Notes: generated by a model from the letters alone, not told the origin. Shown: positions 25,494 to 40,476, counted from the first letter of the whole stretch. The stretch is DNA of 63,421 bases, filler included, from Phoronis australis (GCA_002633005.1; 6 parts of 6 records of this genome joined end to end with filler, not necessarily neighbours in it), one strand, 5' to 3'. Numbers and translations: made by a program.

Positions 25494-27711
25494 GGTCTTG
25501 GCTAATTATCATTTTATGGCTTGGTCATCCATTCAACCAAAAGTAGTTCCAGAGGTGGCTTATCAGCCAATTATTCACGCATGCTGACTCACAATAGAAG
25601 CCTGATAAGAGTGCAGGTGGATAAATGTGGTGTTCCTACAGTTTCTTGTTTTAGTGGATGTGTTCATGACATGATTTAGAAACAGGTGTGATGGGTGTGG
25701 TTGTTTGGGTAAGCAAAACATGTGGCCTTACATCAGACCCTTCCACAGTATCTTCTGTTAGTTAACAATGTTTTCTCGTGATAGCTCCTTCCCAGCGCCA
25801 AGCCTTATACGCTTGAAGTTTTACCCGGGTGTCTGGTGCTTAGATATGTGGTCTCGTGCAATGAGCTTGCATACATCACTAAAGTGCCTCTGTATCGAAA
25901 ACATTACAGAATCTAGTTTGAGTTTCCTGGCCTAAACCTGTAGATGCCATGCCATCTGGCGTTTAGACTGGAAACCAGCCAGACACTTGACACACAAGAG
26001 ATGAATGTAGTGAGTGTGCTGTACTAAGCATGTTGCAGACCTACCATAAGCTAAACATGCGGATTCGTATGTAAATCAAGGTTCCAGTACTCAAGTACGC
26101 ATAGCCAGACTAAAATACGCAAATTCCGCAAATTCAAAACATTAATTGGCTTGTTTTTCACTAAATGTGTTGATTTGTAGTCGGGATGGAAGAGGAATAT
26201 TTTAAAGGCGAAGGCAACCTTTTTTCATGTCACTTTTAGCAAAAACAAGGTCTGTTGATTATCCCAGACATATTTTTCACTTAATTACAGCTTTTCGTAA
26301 TTTAATTAATTTCTCGTCCTCTACTCCGGAAGTGACGTTTTGGGAGGCAAAAATTTCACGCCAATTTCTTTTCATACAGTCTGACTGCGAGAGCAGTCGA
26401 GTCAGTCATTGTTCTACCTCGGTCGTCGTTTGCTTTTGTTTACGAGGCAGTCAACATGCCACACTGTTGCTGCGTACCAGGATGTACTCATTAACGTCTC
26501 ACACGTGCTTTGGGTACCTTACGTCGCTTTCAGAAGGATGACACACTTCGCCGTAGTTGGCTAGCTCGCTCCTGTAAAGAACGCAGCGTACAAAGCAGTG
26601 GCAAGCATTTTCAGCCGTCAGATTACGACAGAGATATGTACGCTGAATTGATGAAGGTCCCTGCGAAACAACACCTGAAGAAGGGTTCTATACTGTCGCT
26701 GTTGAATCCCGGCAGTGTCCCATCACCACCTCCGAGAAATGCGGTTTTTTGAAGCGAGAAGCTTCACGAGCTGTGGCCACTATATACAGTGACTGGAGGC
26801 ACTTCATCTACTGTCATGCCTCCGAACGTACCCCATAGCGTGCAATTCCAGGAACTAGTAGTGATTCCCCGTGTGCTGTTGTCTCTAGCCCAGAGCCTGT
26901 AAGCAGCCTTGCAGTGATGTTGAGTAGTGGGAGTGAATACAGGCCCAGTTTGACACCCAGTGAAAAGGACAGTTCGTTATCCAATGAACAGATCGGTGAG
27001 CCTAAGTTTGATAAGTTTATTGTGGACTTGTATTGGAGCTATTTAGAAGGTACCACGTGTGTGGCGAGGGAGTCACACGGCGGGCTGTAAGCAGTTTGGG
27101 TGCTTAAGTCACCCTCCACTGGGAGTGTGTCGCGGGACACTTGGGCAAGTGGGACAGTTCTTCCTCTGTACGTGAGACGATAATGAGTTCATCTCGGTGG
27201 GCAGCAACAGCGTGGAACGTTGACTGACTCGTGAACAAAAGCAAACGACGACCGAACTTATCATAACCGAGGTAGAACAATGACTGACTCGACTGCTCTC
27301 ACAGTCAGACTATGAAAAGAAATTGGCGGGAAATTCTTGCCTCCCAAAACGTAACTTCTGGAGTAGACGACGAGTAATTAATTAAATTACGAAAAGCTGT
27401 AAATAAGTGAAAATATGTCTGGGATAATCAGCAAACTCTATTTTTGCTAAAAATGACATGAAAAAAGGTTGCCTTCGCCTTTAAAGTTAGAAATTAAAAA
27501 AAAGAATATTGCAAAATGATTATTTTAGCCAACATTTTGTGAACACATCTACTACCACAAGAAACTAGAGGAACACTGCATTTATCCACCTTCACTCTTA
27601 TCAGGCTTCTATTGTGAGTCAGCATGCGTGAATAATTGGCTGATAAGCCACCTATGGAACTACTTTGGCTGAATGGATGACCAGGCCATAAAATGATAAT
27701 TAGCCAAGACC
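25494..27711. repeat. ~180-bp inverted repeat pair (25494-25675 / 27530-27711) enclosing Kolobok copy 1
   Basis: ggtcttggctaattatcattttatggc...gcatgctgactcacaatagaagcctgataagagtg and its reverse complement. Confidence 0.8.
26206..27480 (+). mobile_element. Kolobok-type non-autonomous DNA transposon with decayed THAP/transposase 5' region, copy 1
   Basis: TTAA|aggcgaaggcaacc...ggttgccttcgcct|TTAA; ~300-bp TIRs; MPHCCCVPGC...FQKDDTLRRSWL...KHFQPSDY from ATG 26456. Confidence 0.85.
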
Positions 27712-27795
27712 TTGCTGCATGGAATAGTTAATACCTTCATGGCAATTTTGAAAGAGTGGGCATCTTGTGCTAGTCTTTCGCCGAAAGTGCTTTAA

Positions 27796-29553
27796 AGGCG
27801 AAGGCAACCTTTTTTCATCTCGTTTTTAACAAAAATAAGGTTCGTTGATTATCCCAGATATATTTTTCATTTATTTACTGCTTTTCGTAATTTAATTAAA
27901 TATTCGTCGTCTACTCCGTGACGTTTTAGGAGGCAAGAATTTCGCGCCAATTTCTTTTCATATAGTCTGACTGTGAGAGCACTTGAGTCAGTCATTGTTC
28001 TACCTCGGTTGTGATAAGTTCGGTCGTCGTTTGAGGAAGAACCGTCCCACTTGTCCGAGTGTCCCGCAACACACTCCCACTGGAGGGTGATCTGAGCACC
28101 CAAACTGTGTCGGGCCGTGTGACTCCCTCGCCACACACCTGGCACATTCCAAATAGCTCCAATACAAGTCCACAATAAACTTATCAAACTTAGGCTCACC
28201 GATCTGTTCATTGGATGACGAACTGTCCTCTTCACTGGGTGTCGAACTGGGCCTGCATTCACTCCCACTACTCAACATCGCTGCAAGGCTGCTTACAGGC
28301 TATGGGCTATAGACAATAGCATAGGGCGAATAACTGCTAGTTCCGGGAATTGCACGCAATGGGATACGTTCGGAGGCACGGGTGACAGTAGATGAAGTGC
28401 CTTCAGTCACTGTATATAGTGGCCACAGCTCGCGAGGCTTCTCGCCTCAAAAAACGCACTTCTCGGGGTTGGCAACGGGGCACTGCCGGGAATCAACAGC
28501 GACGGTATGGTGCCCTTTGGTATTTAGGCGTTGTTTCGCAAGGGGCTTCATCAATTCAACGTACATGTCTGTCATAATCTGACGGCAGAAAATGCTTGCC
28601 ACACACTCGGTAACTCTCCACTGCTTTGTACGTTGCGTGGACGGGTAGCGTTGCGTTCTTCACATGAATGAGCTAGCCAAGTACCGCGAAGTGTGTCATC
28701 CTTCGGAAAGCGACGCAAGGTACCAAAAGCGCGTCTGAAACGATAATGAGTACATCCCGGCACGCAGCATCAGCGTGGCATGTTGACTGACTTGTAAACA
28801 AAAGCAAAAGACGACTGAACTTATCACAACCGAGGTAGAACAATGACTGACTCGACAGCTCTCACAGTCAGACTATAATGAAAAGAAATTGGTGCGAAAC
28901 TCTTGCCTCCCAAAACGTCACTTCTGCAGTAGAGGACAAGAAATTAATCAAATTATGAAAAGCTGTAATCAGGGCTTGGAATTTTCCGCGGAAACGCTGA
29001 TTTCCGCTTTTTTGAAATGTGCTTTCCGCTTTTTTTATAATATTTCCGCGTAAAAAAATCGGATTTGATATGAAATTTCCGCGGCAAATTCCTTTCTTAC
29101 CGCGGCGTTGCAGACGACGTTCACCTCGGAAAGCGGAAGTCTTTATGTTTCGGAGGAACGTAAATTGCCAACATTGCCGGGGCATCTGGGTAAAGCGTGG
29201 TCTGATTTTCAATGGCGGCTCGTGTTATTGTTAAGCGCGGCGACAAATACTACCGCTCAGCAGCCAAATTTGTGTGGGTTGGGAGTGGACGGGCGAGCGA
29301 AGAGGACGCAGACACATGCTACTGATGGTGGTAACGTTTTTTTTTTAGTCCTCCCGATTTTTGTCGCGGAAAGGTTCACATTGACCATTTCAAAGGCTGG
29401 TTATCGGGCATGATTTGGGCCGTAAATGTTTCCGCGATTTTTGTCATTGGTCATTCATTCCAAGCCCTGTGTAATTAAGTGAAAAATGTGTCTGGGATAA
29501 TCAACGAATCTTACTTTTACTAAAAGTGACATGAAAAACGGTTGCCTTCGCCT
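27796..29553 (-). mobile_element. Kolobok-type element, copy 2 (opposite orientation), carrying a nested MITE
   Basis: Same TTAA/AGGCGAAGGCAACC termini; CCVPGC..FPKD..LR..W..RVCGKHF and WECVAGH..KWD remnants on the minus strand. Confidence 0.85.
28970..29469. mobile_element. hAT-like MITE with 6-bp TSD, copy 1 (nested in a Kolobok TIR)
   Basis: cagggcttggaat...attccaagccctg; TSD TGTAAT. Confidence 0.9.
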
Positions 29554-29734
29554 TTAAAAAAAATTTGGTTTACCGACCTGATTTTCTGGATTATGCAAAC
29601 ATTAAAATTCAAATTTGCAACGTTTTCAGTTCCACCATCATTATGCTATGGAAACAAGCAAAAATTGGCAACAATCCGTACAAGCAACAAAGAATATCTC
29701 GTAGCATTAACTAGCCTTGGTGGAAAGCTCTATG

Positions 29735-30265
29735 CTGTATTGACCCTAATAAATGCCGTGGGAGCTTAGAAAAATTCATTTCACGGAGGGGACGCTTATT
29801 GTAGCCTAAGGCAGTTGAAACCCGGATTCCGAAACGGGTAAAATTGGAAGCTAGGATTCATCAAATTTACGCTTTGTGGCGTATTTGTCTTTCTACAAAA
29901 CTGTAGAGCATTGCTATTAAACTCCGTTGTTAAATTACGATCATTTTTCAAAAAAATGTGCTGAAATACCAGGGCAAAACTTGCCAACTGATTCGTTGCT
30001 GAAACGCGATCGTCGATAGGAAAACTTGAATTCTTGAATAAGAATACAGTTTCGACTCAACAAATTACCTGAAATCCTCCTTATGTTTTACAATTTTTTT
30101 TAAGTTCATGTGGAGTCCAGATTAATTGCGATTAAGTCCAAATCTGCGCTACATCGTACCCCACAACACGAGAAAAATCACTGGATGAACACTCATGTTG
30201 TTGTCACGTGACGTTTGTTTTGAAGTTCGTCTGTGTATGAGAGTGAGTGAGCGAGCGCGAACGGG
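29735..30265 (+). mobile_element. Tc2-like non-autonomous element, partial diverged copy
   Basis: Colinear similarity to 32590-33120 (gttgaaacccgg, tacagtttcgactcaa, aacacgagaaaa, gttgttgtcacgtga). Confidence 0.65.
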
Positions 30266-31779
30266 TCATCGACACCAGACAGGATTATGCAAGAAGATCG
30301 CGTTTATTAGATTGTTTTTCGCTTAAACGGATGCAACATGCAAGGTGAGTGCTGGTTAACTCACACATTTTGTGTGCACAGGCCGACAGTCGTTAGCTCA
30401 ACTGTGGAGTATAACATCAATAATCCTAGGCTCGATCTACATGGGTGACGAGCTGAACTATCAGGGCTGTGTGAAATTTCTGGGTCTAATGGAGACACTG
30501 GCGCAGTGGTACCTATAGTTAGCCAGCTCACTGTATCAAGACTGTCGTCAAAATCCAAATTCGTTTTATCGTGTCCGTCAATAGTAATTGCACGCTAAAG
30601 TTTCAATGTTCGTACTTCAGGAACATAACAATACCGTGTTTTGTATACTTACGCGCACGCCGCAGATCACATCTAAAAAATTTACGATTTGACGGATGAC
30701 AATGGAATGAGCACAATCAAATTAAACAACGTCGTTTTACAGCTTGTAAGAGCTATAATAAACATATTTTGAACTTTGCAATGCATGTGTTCCAAAATCT
30801 AAATAACATACAGAGTAGTTCTATATTATCCTAACTTGGGTCCTATATTTTTGTATTCGTGCGTGCCCAATGAAAATAATCATGAGTGTTGCTGTGTTGC
30901 AAAATCTCTTATCCTGGGCCAATTTGAAAAATTCAAAGTTGTTCCGATATTTCTTTTCTCTCCTCTTTTTTTCAAATATTACACTCAAAACTAGGTAAAA
31001 CACTCTCCATAAAAAGTACGGTCATCTAGGCTAGATTGTAATCAGCTGATCGTATCCGCATGAGCAAAGCCAATTATCCTCGCTCCTGACTCGATGAATA
31101 GAGCAGCTAGGAGGGATCCATTTCATTGTGAGCTGAGCGCGACATAGCCAAGGTGGTTAAATACGGTGTAGTTCAATCGGCCAAACCCCACCATTTTCCC
31201 TCATCAGCGGGGTTTGGGACAATCTTATTTAGTGGGAATGTTTATGACATGAAAGAAGTTGAGCTATGAACTCGGAAAACTTGCTTCGTTTCATCCTCAA
31301 AATAGCCCGATGATCGGCGAGTTGCGAGGCCTCTTTTATCAGTATGTGTGTCACAGGCCTAACCTATTAGCAACGACTTCTGTGATTTGTGGATTGCTTA
31401 CTCCATCTAATTCCGGCTATTTCCGGCTAAATACGTACTGTTATCAAAATGGCAAAGTATGAATGGCTGTACCGCATATTCTGAGCTGTGAAGAAAGTAG
31501 ACAGTGACCACCATGTCTAGTTAAACTACTGACGGTGGAGCTCCTATAGGCGCTTCTTGTGCTGGAAGCTTTTCGGCGAATTATGCCTCATACTGACTAA
31601 AACATCAAAGTAAATACCTTTTGCAGATAGAGGGACACCATAGGAGGCCGTCGATGTTTTTAAGACCTTTCTCCAACTCCTACAAATACTCCTGTTATCA
31701 AACTTTTTCTTAGAGCAGTCCCTCTTTCAGTTCCCAAAATCGGTAACCTGTCATTTTTAACGCTGCGCGCTGCAGGTGT

Positions 31780-31940
31780 TATGACGTCATATCCCCTGGC
31801 ATGCGCCTGTGTAAAAATGACGGTGTATTTTTAAGGGTTAGTTTGATGATTTATTGGTGTTAAGCGAGCGATAAGCTGACACCAGTAACCTGTGTTGTGA
31901 ACTGCTGAACAGACTGCGTGTGAAACTAATGACGTCATCG
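31780..31940 (+). promoter_or_regulatory. Two full CRE palindromes upstream of the candidate ZCCHC24 first exon
   Basis: TGACGTCA at 31782-31789 and 31930-31937. Confidence 0.3.
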
Positions 31941-32349
31941 GATAATTTCAACACCTCTGTCTGCTGTCAGGTGTCAGGTAACGCAACCGAACGTGCCGTT
32001 ATCGAGTAGAACTACTCGATCTAAATTGATACAAAACAAAATAGGTTGTTTTTTTGGATGGCATTCTCCTTTAAGCCAAGCAGTGAGACTACTGTTAAGC
32101 ATTGCATGTGGATACTGAAGGTTCAACATGGCTGATAAATCAGTTATGTGACATCAGGTCATCTTCCGACACTCGCTCTTGAGCAAAAGTTGGATGTAAC
32201 AGTAGCTTACAATTTTGTTGAACTTAAAGTTGATTCTTGCTTATTTATGAAAGCATAAAGTATTGTCATAAAAAACAATGCAGTAAATGAACATCACAAA
32301 ATCCCCTCGGAGTAAAAAAACGACACGAAATTTCCCATCTTAGTAAAAT

Positions 32350-32397
32350 ATGGTGCAAAATTCCTCCTTTAGAAGGTACAGGCACCTTTCCCCTCAG
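32350..32397 (+). CDS. ZCCHC24: Candidate alternative first coding exon of ZCCHC24
   Basis: aaatATGg context; MVQNSSFRRYRHLSPQ|gtgagt, a strong phase-0 donor in frame with exon 34447. No homology support. Confidence 0.4.
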
Positions 32398-32589
32398 GTG
32401 AGTGAGCACCCTGCATAGTTTCAGTAACTATTTCTAGATCTAATTTCTTTTAAAGTGGATTTAGGACTTTTTTGTTTTGCTTGGCTTGTTGTTGTGTGTG
32501 GTTTTGCATTAAACATGCTCTTACCAAAGACTGCATTGTGTCAAAGTGTGATCGTGATATTTCTGCTGCTAACACAGTTAATTCACATA

Positions 32590-34073
32590 CCGTATTCGCC
32601 GTAATAACTGCCCAGGGCGCTTAAAAAAGTTCGTTTCAAGGAGGGGCGCTTAATATAACCGGTTGAAACCCGGTCTCCGAAACTGGTGAAATCGCAAGCT
32701 AAGATCCATGATATTTACGCTCTGTGACGTATCTGTAATCTATGAAAGACTTTATACAAAACCGTGGTGCATTGCTATCAAACTTTGCTGCTAAATTACG
32801 ATCATTTTACAGAAAATTGTGCTGAAATCCTAGGGCGAAAACTCGCCGACTGACTGCCTCGCAATCGTCAATATGGCGACTTGAATGCTTGAATAAAAAT
32901 ACAGTTTCGACTCAAGCAAATTACCTGAAATCCTTAAATTTTCCAAGTAGCATCCCTTAGATTTTTAAGATCCCATGGAGTCGGGTTTAAGTACAAATCT
33001 GTGCAACATCGTGCCATCTACATGTGTGATTGGCAACACGAGAAAAATGTCTGGATGAACAAACATGTTGTTGTCACGTGATGTTTGAAGTTCGTCGTGA
33101 GTAAGCGAGCGCGTGCATGTCACCAGAGTTCATTTGCTAGAGCAGAGACCATCTTTTGGCCAGAGCCACACAATCTAAGGAGCTAGATGTGCATTGTATC
33201 TAAAGAAATTTGCACTAGCAGTAGGCCTAAACCAGAGCATGTTTCATTCAGCACCGAGTTGCCGGTCTCATGTGCTAAAAACATTCGACATTTGTCTCGG
33301 TAAGGCCCATATTAGTCGTCGTGTGGCTGGATGCGTCCGTAACTATCTGACAGTTATTTTTCGGTGTATGGGTGTGTAAGCATTCACTGTCAGTGGTCAT
33401 TTTATTGGATATTTTTCTTGAAAACACCAATTGTGGTTAATCAAACAATCCATATTAAAAATAACGCAAACATTTTTGTAGTATTAGAAACTGTCGGAAA
33501 TTAGTTCCAATATCATTAATTTCTTGCCGATGCTATGCTACCCGTTTCATGAATGGATAGTTCCCGACTAATGTCTTTGACGACAGGTTCATGTATGTAG
33601 CGCGCGCTTCCTGGACACGTACTTTTCACGCTAGCCACTGCAAGCTTTTTCTTAGTCTTCAATTCGTGGTTTTGACGTGTTGAGAAATTTGGATTCCTGT
33701 TGAAAGCGGGAAATATCTACAAGGCAATCCCGTAGACAAGTACACTACGTCTATTCTGTAAGTCCCCCGGTCCTCGCAAGATCAGCAAAACTTTTGTGTT
33801 CGTTTTGAGGCATGGCGGAAGTTTGAAGTGTATAGTCACGGCTAAATACTGACATAGCGGCGAGGCTCGTAGTCTACAAATTGTGCGCACAATGATTTTT
33901 TTCAGGACTGTCGGATATTATTGATAAATTGAAGACGTTACTGAAGAATTTTAGGACTGTAGGTAAGGCATTTTTCGCACGTGCGTTCATGGACTGGGCG
34001 CTTATTTTAGCAAAGTCTGAAAACGTGTGGGGGGCGCTTATAGGGGCATGGGCGGTTATTACGACGAATACGG
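32590..34073. mobile_element. Tc1/mariner (Tc2/pogo-like) non-autonomous element, full length
   Basis: TA|ccgtattcgccgtaataactgccca...tgggcggttattacgacgaatacgg|TA (TIR 23/25 match). Confidence 0.82.
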
Positions 34074-34419
34074 TAACTTATGGATCAGTGATACTTATCA
34101 TGTCTGCTCATCAACTGCAATCTTCCAACATTTATGTTGCGCATACATGACAATTCATTATCAACCAGAATTGTTTTCAACTGACATAAAATTGCCATGT
34201 TCTCAATTATTGTGTAAATAATTGCTGGTCATGTGTGCCATTAGTTGTATTGTGACATGACTGTCATCTTCATCATTTGACATGTTTGATGTCAAAACTG
34301 TTAACAATGACTCATATCATAACTTACAAATTTCACACAAGATTTCTGTCGCGCGGCCGTTATGGGGTCAGTTCTCCTTCAGTCCTGTTGTCAAAAATAG
34401 TTGACTCTAACAAGGTTAG

Positions 34420-34849
<430 letters not shown>

Positions 34850-35366
34850 CCTAATAACTGTGCACTGTAAAGACTATTTTGCCATTGACACATTCATGTT
34901 CCAATTAATAGACCGTACAAACTTTAAAACTCAAGTGCTCGAATTTTGAGATAACAATTAATTACTGAGGGCCTCCTATGGTGGTTTGGTAAAGGGAATT
35001 ATATTACCACAAGTAACAAATTATTGTCCCGAATGATGGGTTTATTTCAAAATATAATACTTGAATGCTTTCTCACTTTATTTTCTTCCTATGTATGCAA
35101 ACTTCAAGAACGGGCCCGGCTTCAAGAACTCCGCTATTAGCATCGCTGTCTGCCAATGAGTTTTCCAGAGAAGTGGCAGTGGGTTTGTCTGAAACCTCTC
35201 ATTTCAGTTTAGGTGGGATTAAGCTCTTGGATTTAGAATTCCCACAACTTTATGGAAAGGTGCCAAATTTTTTCCAATTTTGATGAAATTCACTTCAGAC
35301 TAATTTTGCCAGTTTTCTTGAAGTGTGATGAGGATGTGTGATGACTATGAAGGTCACATGTGCCTC

Positions 35367-35543
35367 ACTGAGAATAAGCATCTCCATGTTGGAATTCAAA
35401 GATTTGAAATACTGAGAGTAAGCATCTCCATGTTGGAATTCAAAGATTGGAAATACTGAGAGTAAGCATCTCCATGTTGGAATTCAAAGATTGGAAATAC
35501 TGAGAGTAAGCATCTCCATGTTGGAATTCAAAGATTGGAAATA
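35367..35543. repeat. 44-bp minisatellite, 4 copies
   Basis: actgagagtaagcatctccatgttggaattcaaagattggaaat. Confidence 0.95.
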
Positions 35544-37842
35544 CGTTACTAGGTGTTTGTGTATCATTTTGAAGTAACAAAAACTGCAAGTCAAAGATTG
35601 TTTTTCACTAATTACACCTCAGTCAACTGACATTAGCAGGTTTCACCAATGGCAGTGGCGGTTTTTTGAAATGTTTTTTTTATAACTACAAGCACAAGCA
35701 TGAAGTTACTCAGTGTCTATCAGAACTAACTGAAAAGAAATGTTGGGTGCCCAGATGCTTCATTGAAAATTCTTAAAATTTAAGGGTAACGCTTAATTAG
35801 TTGAGCACTGGACGGTAATTCCGAAAAAATTCAAAGGTAGGGTGTAGCCGCATTTGTGACCATGGTCATTAACCCAAATGTCTACATTAATAAGAAATTG
35901 AAAGAATGCAATAGTAAGATATGTTATTATATTACAATTTTGTGTGGCAAATTCAGCTTAAGTGTAGTTGTAGATATCGTTACCACCTCCCTTTTTGTAC
36001 ACCCGGAATAATTTTGTTTCTAACTGGCCTGCTTCGGGTCGGAAAAATCTACGACATGGTCAGCTGATGACCCGGGGACAAAAAATTGGCGGGGTGGTGT
36101 ATGAAAAGAAGAGTAAACAATTCGCTAACCACAGTTTTGTTTCTACCTGTTTGCGGAGCTACGGTCATAGAACGTCAGGCCTAGGGAACATTGAGCAGTG
36201 TAAACTTCAGAACAATTAAATATCAGTTCTGGGCTACATCGAGCCTGGGGAATATCGCAAACCACAGGGTCCTTTATAACCATCGGGGTTCAAGTTCATT
36301 GTCAAATATAAGACCTGGGCACTTAATGGAATGAGCCAAGCCTATATACTCTTTTATTTAGAGCCATCTTTTGATATGCCGCTGTGGAGCAGTGCATACT
36401 TAAATTGGTGGAGTGCACGGGCAACATGTGAGTGACTAATGACTCTTACCTAGCTGTGCATTTTCAGCCCAACATACAAGGGCATTGCCAGAGAATTCCT
36501 TTGGGATGCAAAACTAATCTGCTTTAAAGACCAGTCGTAGCCGTCATTTGGTGGCTTAATAGGGTTTCATTTTCACGTTTGCTGTATTTTATGACTAAAA
36601 ACGAAAAAGGTTATTACTTTACAACTTTTCCAAGTCACGATCGTCTGCCAGGACCTTGCACTCAAACAGCAGAACCCCCAGCGACCCCTCCCTGAGTGTC
36701 CCCGAGTGTACCTCCGTGTGCCACAGTGCCATATTGTAAATGGGACATTTTACATAAAAAATATTTTTTCCACGTGGTAAGTTGATATTTTAAGAATTGA
36801 TATGAACATTGCTGTTTTGTGATGTATTAATTGATATGAACATTGCTGTTTTGTGACGTATTGTCTCGTCATGGTGTGATCCGAAACTTTTTTCGGTGCA
36901 TATGGAAATTTGCAAAAGTAGCTGAAAACACTTTACACAGAAACACTAACGATTCTGCACTAATCCAGTGTTCACGCGGCGTGTTTACAAGTCAATTGCA
37001 GAACTTTCTTTGTTAGTGTTCTTTTGAACTGGATTTGTCAACAACCAAATTACGGTTGATTTTTGTGTTCTTGGTATCTGTTGACGGTAAAGACTTGACT
37101 TGCATACGTTGGAAATTCCAGGTCACATGGTGCAACTTGATACGAGCTGGCCAAAACTCGCGGCTTGCATTTCCAAATTTCAATTTAGTCTCAAACACGA
37201 CCATTACGTTGAGCACTGACCCCATTGGTTGCAACAATACGGCCTTTCGCCTAGTCAGTAAGAACGTGCTGTTATTGAGAGCTAATGTTACTAGTTATTT
37301 GTAAAAAACCTGAAGCGCTGATTACCTGAATAGTTGACTGTTTGTTTCCAAACTTTTTGTCTCAGACACCTACTATTCTTCGCTCTTACACCTGCTGTAC
37401 AAACTATTGGATAGAAATAGGGTGTTTCAACGGTGGTGTAGGACTATTAGAGTGTACGAACAGTTGGAGAAATCACCGGAGGCTCATTGCATATTGGTGT
37501 TTTTGTTTGTACAAGACTTAAACTGGCTAGCAGAATGAGCTAGTGTCTGGTGTTTGATGTTCCAGAAGTAATTCAATATTTACTGTTGCCTTTGTGTTTA
37601 TTATGTCAGATATTTTCTAAATTAGAGGTGCATTCTGCACATGTATGGCTCATGGGCAAAATTTAGCTAGTGTGATCATGTGCTTCCTTTGAAGTGCGTG
37701 GTAATATTTGACAAAAACTATTGTGATCCTTCATTTTCACAAGTTTCTTGCATCTACGAGGCTCAGCCAAGTCTCCTGTTTATGTACAGATTGCCTGCAT
37801 GAGTTGGCATAAGAATAACCAGATAGCATTATTACTTATTTC

Positions 37843-38182
<340 letters not shown>

Positions 38183-39028
38183 GCAGACGATATCACACTA
38201 CTGGGCCAGCTCTCAAAATGAATGAATTTCCATTATCCACTGTACTAAGTGAAGAAATATTCCACTGAACATTGATGTTCCGAAGTTTCTATATTTACTT
38301 TTTTACTTTCTGGCATAGAATGTCTCAGTGAAAGTATGCGAAATACGAAATTCAGAAGATGAATTAACTAAGAGAAATGTTTATATTCAAATGTACCGAG
38401 AGAAAGTTATTCTTTTGCATGTAGATTTTAACTTTATATGTCTTCTGAGAGACTAGTGATACTCTTTGTATATATTGAGCTTTTTTAGACACCAGGTTTA
38501 TATCATCTAAGAATAACAGTTTCAGTTTGTGTATATTTTGGAATCGGTTGGATGGAATTATAATGATATTATGATGTTCAGTATGTTCAGTTTGTATAGC
38601 CAAGTTTGCTTTATCAAATCTCTTCATGTGATGAAGGGTCAAAGATTGCAATGTGAATTCCGTCCTTGAAGGTGGTGTATAGAGGCTCATGGACAATGGT
38701 GAAACTGAATTGGGTTTGTTCAATCTCTCTTTGTGTATCAGTATTTTTATGTCATAACTGTAGAGACATATATTTTGTATCACTGATGTGTGATTGCTAT
38801 GACAGCAAGATTCTGTTGTCAAAAGTGATGGCTTCAGGTTAGAATTGGCTTGAGTAAGTATTTAAAAGATGTGTTCTCGGTTGTATTTGGAAAATTACTA
38901 TCAAAACTTTGAGGGCTGGCTCAGTGGAAAAAATAGTTAAGTGTTGTGAGGCCTGCTAGAGTAAACTTTGCAGACATCAGTCTAACTATACTGATTTGTA
39001 TCTGTTTCATGGCTTAAGCATATGCAAA

Positions 39029-39346
39029 AATACCTGTCTCCACATTCTTGGAACCTGTATTAGGAATAATTAATCTGTGAAATACCTGTCTCCACATTCT
39101 TGGAACCTGTATTAGGAATAATTAATCTGTGACTTTGACACCTCCACTTTTCAGACTGGTTTTTGAAATCAAGTTATATGGTTCATGCGACTACTTTCTT
39201 TTGGTTTTTGAAATCAAGTTATATGGTTCATGCGACTACTTTCTTTTGGTTTTTGAAATCAAGTTATATGGTTCATGCGACTACTTTCTTTTGGTTTTTG
39301 AAATCAAGTTATATGGTTCATGCGACTACTTTCTTTTGGTTTTTGA
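39029..39346. repeat. 52-bp duplication (39029-39130) and 45-bp x4 minisatellite (39157-39346) in the probable ZCCHC24 3' UTR
   Basis: Direct inspection. Confidence 0.9.
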
Positions 39347-40476
39347 CTAGATGTTAAGTTATACTGCATGATGGCTTTCAGCATTAAAGCTGTACTGAGC
39401 TGCACTTCTTGCATGTTAAGCTTTTTGTGTGCGGGTGTTGAAGATTCCCATGACAGGTGATATACCTCAATCTCAGATTAAGACTCTGCTTTTTATTTGT
39501 ACATTTTGTGACTGGTAGCCTGCACGTAATTTGTATATTTTTGGTGATTGGCTAAAAACAAGGAGGCCAACTGTGATTCACTCGGAAAATAGTCCAGTGA
39601 TTTCTGAATTCTGTTTGAAAAGTTACTTCTGTCTTAGAGCGTTCTATATTTGTGAGGGGTAGACTTTATTATGGACATTTTTCATTAATTTTGACTTGTG
39701 GAAGGATGTATTTCTAGAAGCGAAATTGTCTATATATACTAGGGATTAAATTTTAGATAGTGAGATGTGAAAAGATGCAGTAAGATTATAGCAAGTTGTA
39801 TTTTTTCCTTGTGTTTGTTGGGTCATTTGTTCATCTCAACAATATTTTGGTGAAAATGACTGTCAGCAACCTATTATGAAGTGGCTTTGGTCCACATATA
39901 TTCTTTGAACTGAAATGTAGGGATTTCACTAGAAATATAATTAAGAATATTCACCGTGTAAAAGTACTTGGTTAAACCGAACTGGTTGCATTTATTGTTT
40001 TCTTTATGTTTTGATATCCTAACTTTTACATATTCCCATCTGCTTATAGTTGTGTTCAAGTACGATTGTGATTTAATGACACAAGAGGTGTGCCACTTCC
40101 CAGTTTTATACAGTGCTGGTGTTCAGAACTAAAACTACTGCTTTAGTTGACCAATTCCTAGAACTACCATAATGCAGCATGTTGTATGTACCAATTTGTT
40201 TGTTAATTGTCTAGGGTACTTACATACGAGTAAAATGACCACTCTAAGCTAATTTACCAAATGTTACGAGATAGCCGTATATTTCAAGGTAATATGTATA
40301 GAGGTAAGTCGAGTCAGTTGTCATGTTGCAGCTTTTAGTCCAAGCATTCACAAGTGCCTTGAGAAATGAGTGTTAAAACAGCTTCTGTTTATCAATGGTC
40401 TTTTTAGTGCCAAATAAAAGCTTTTTTGTAGTCAGAAATTAGCCTTTTTTTGTTTTTAAAGATGTGTCCTAATGAA

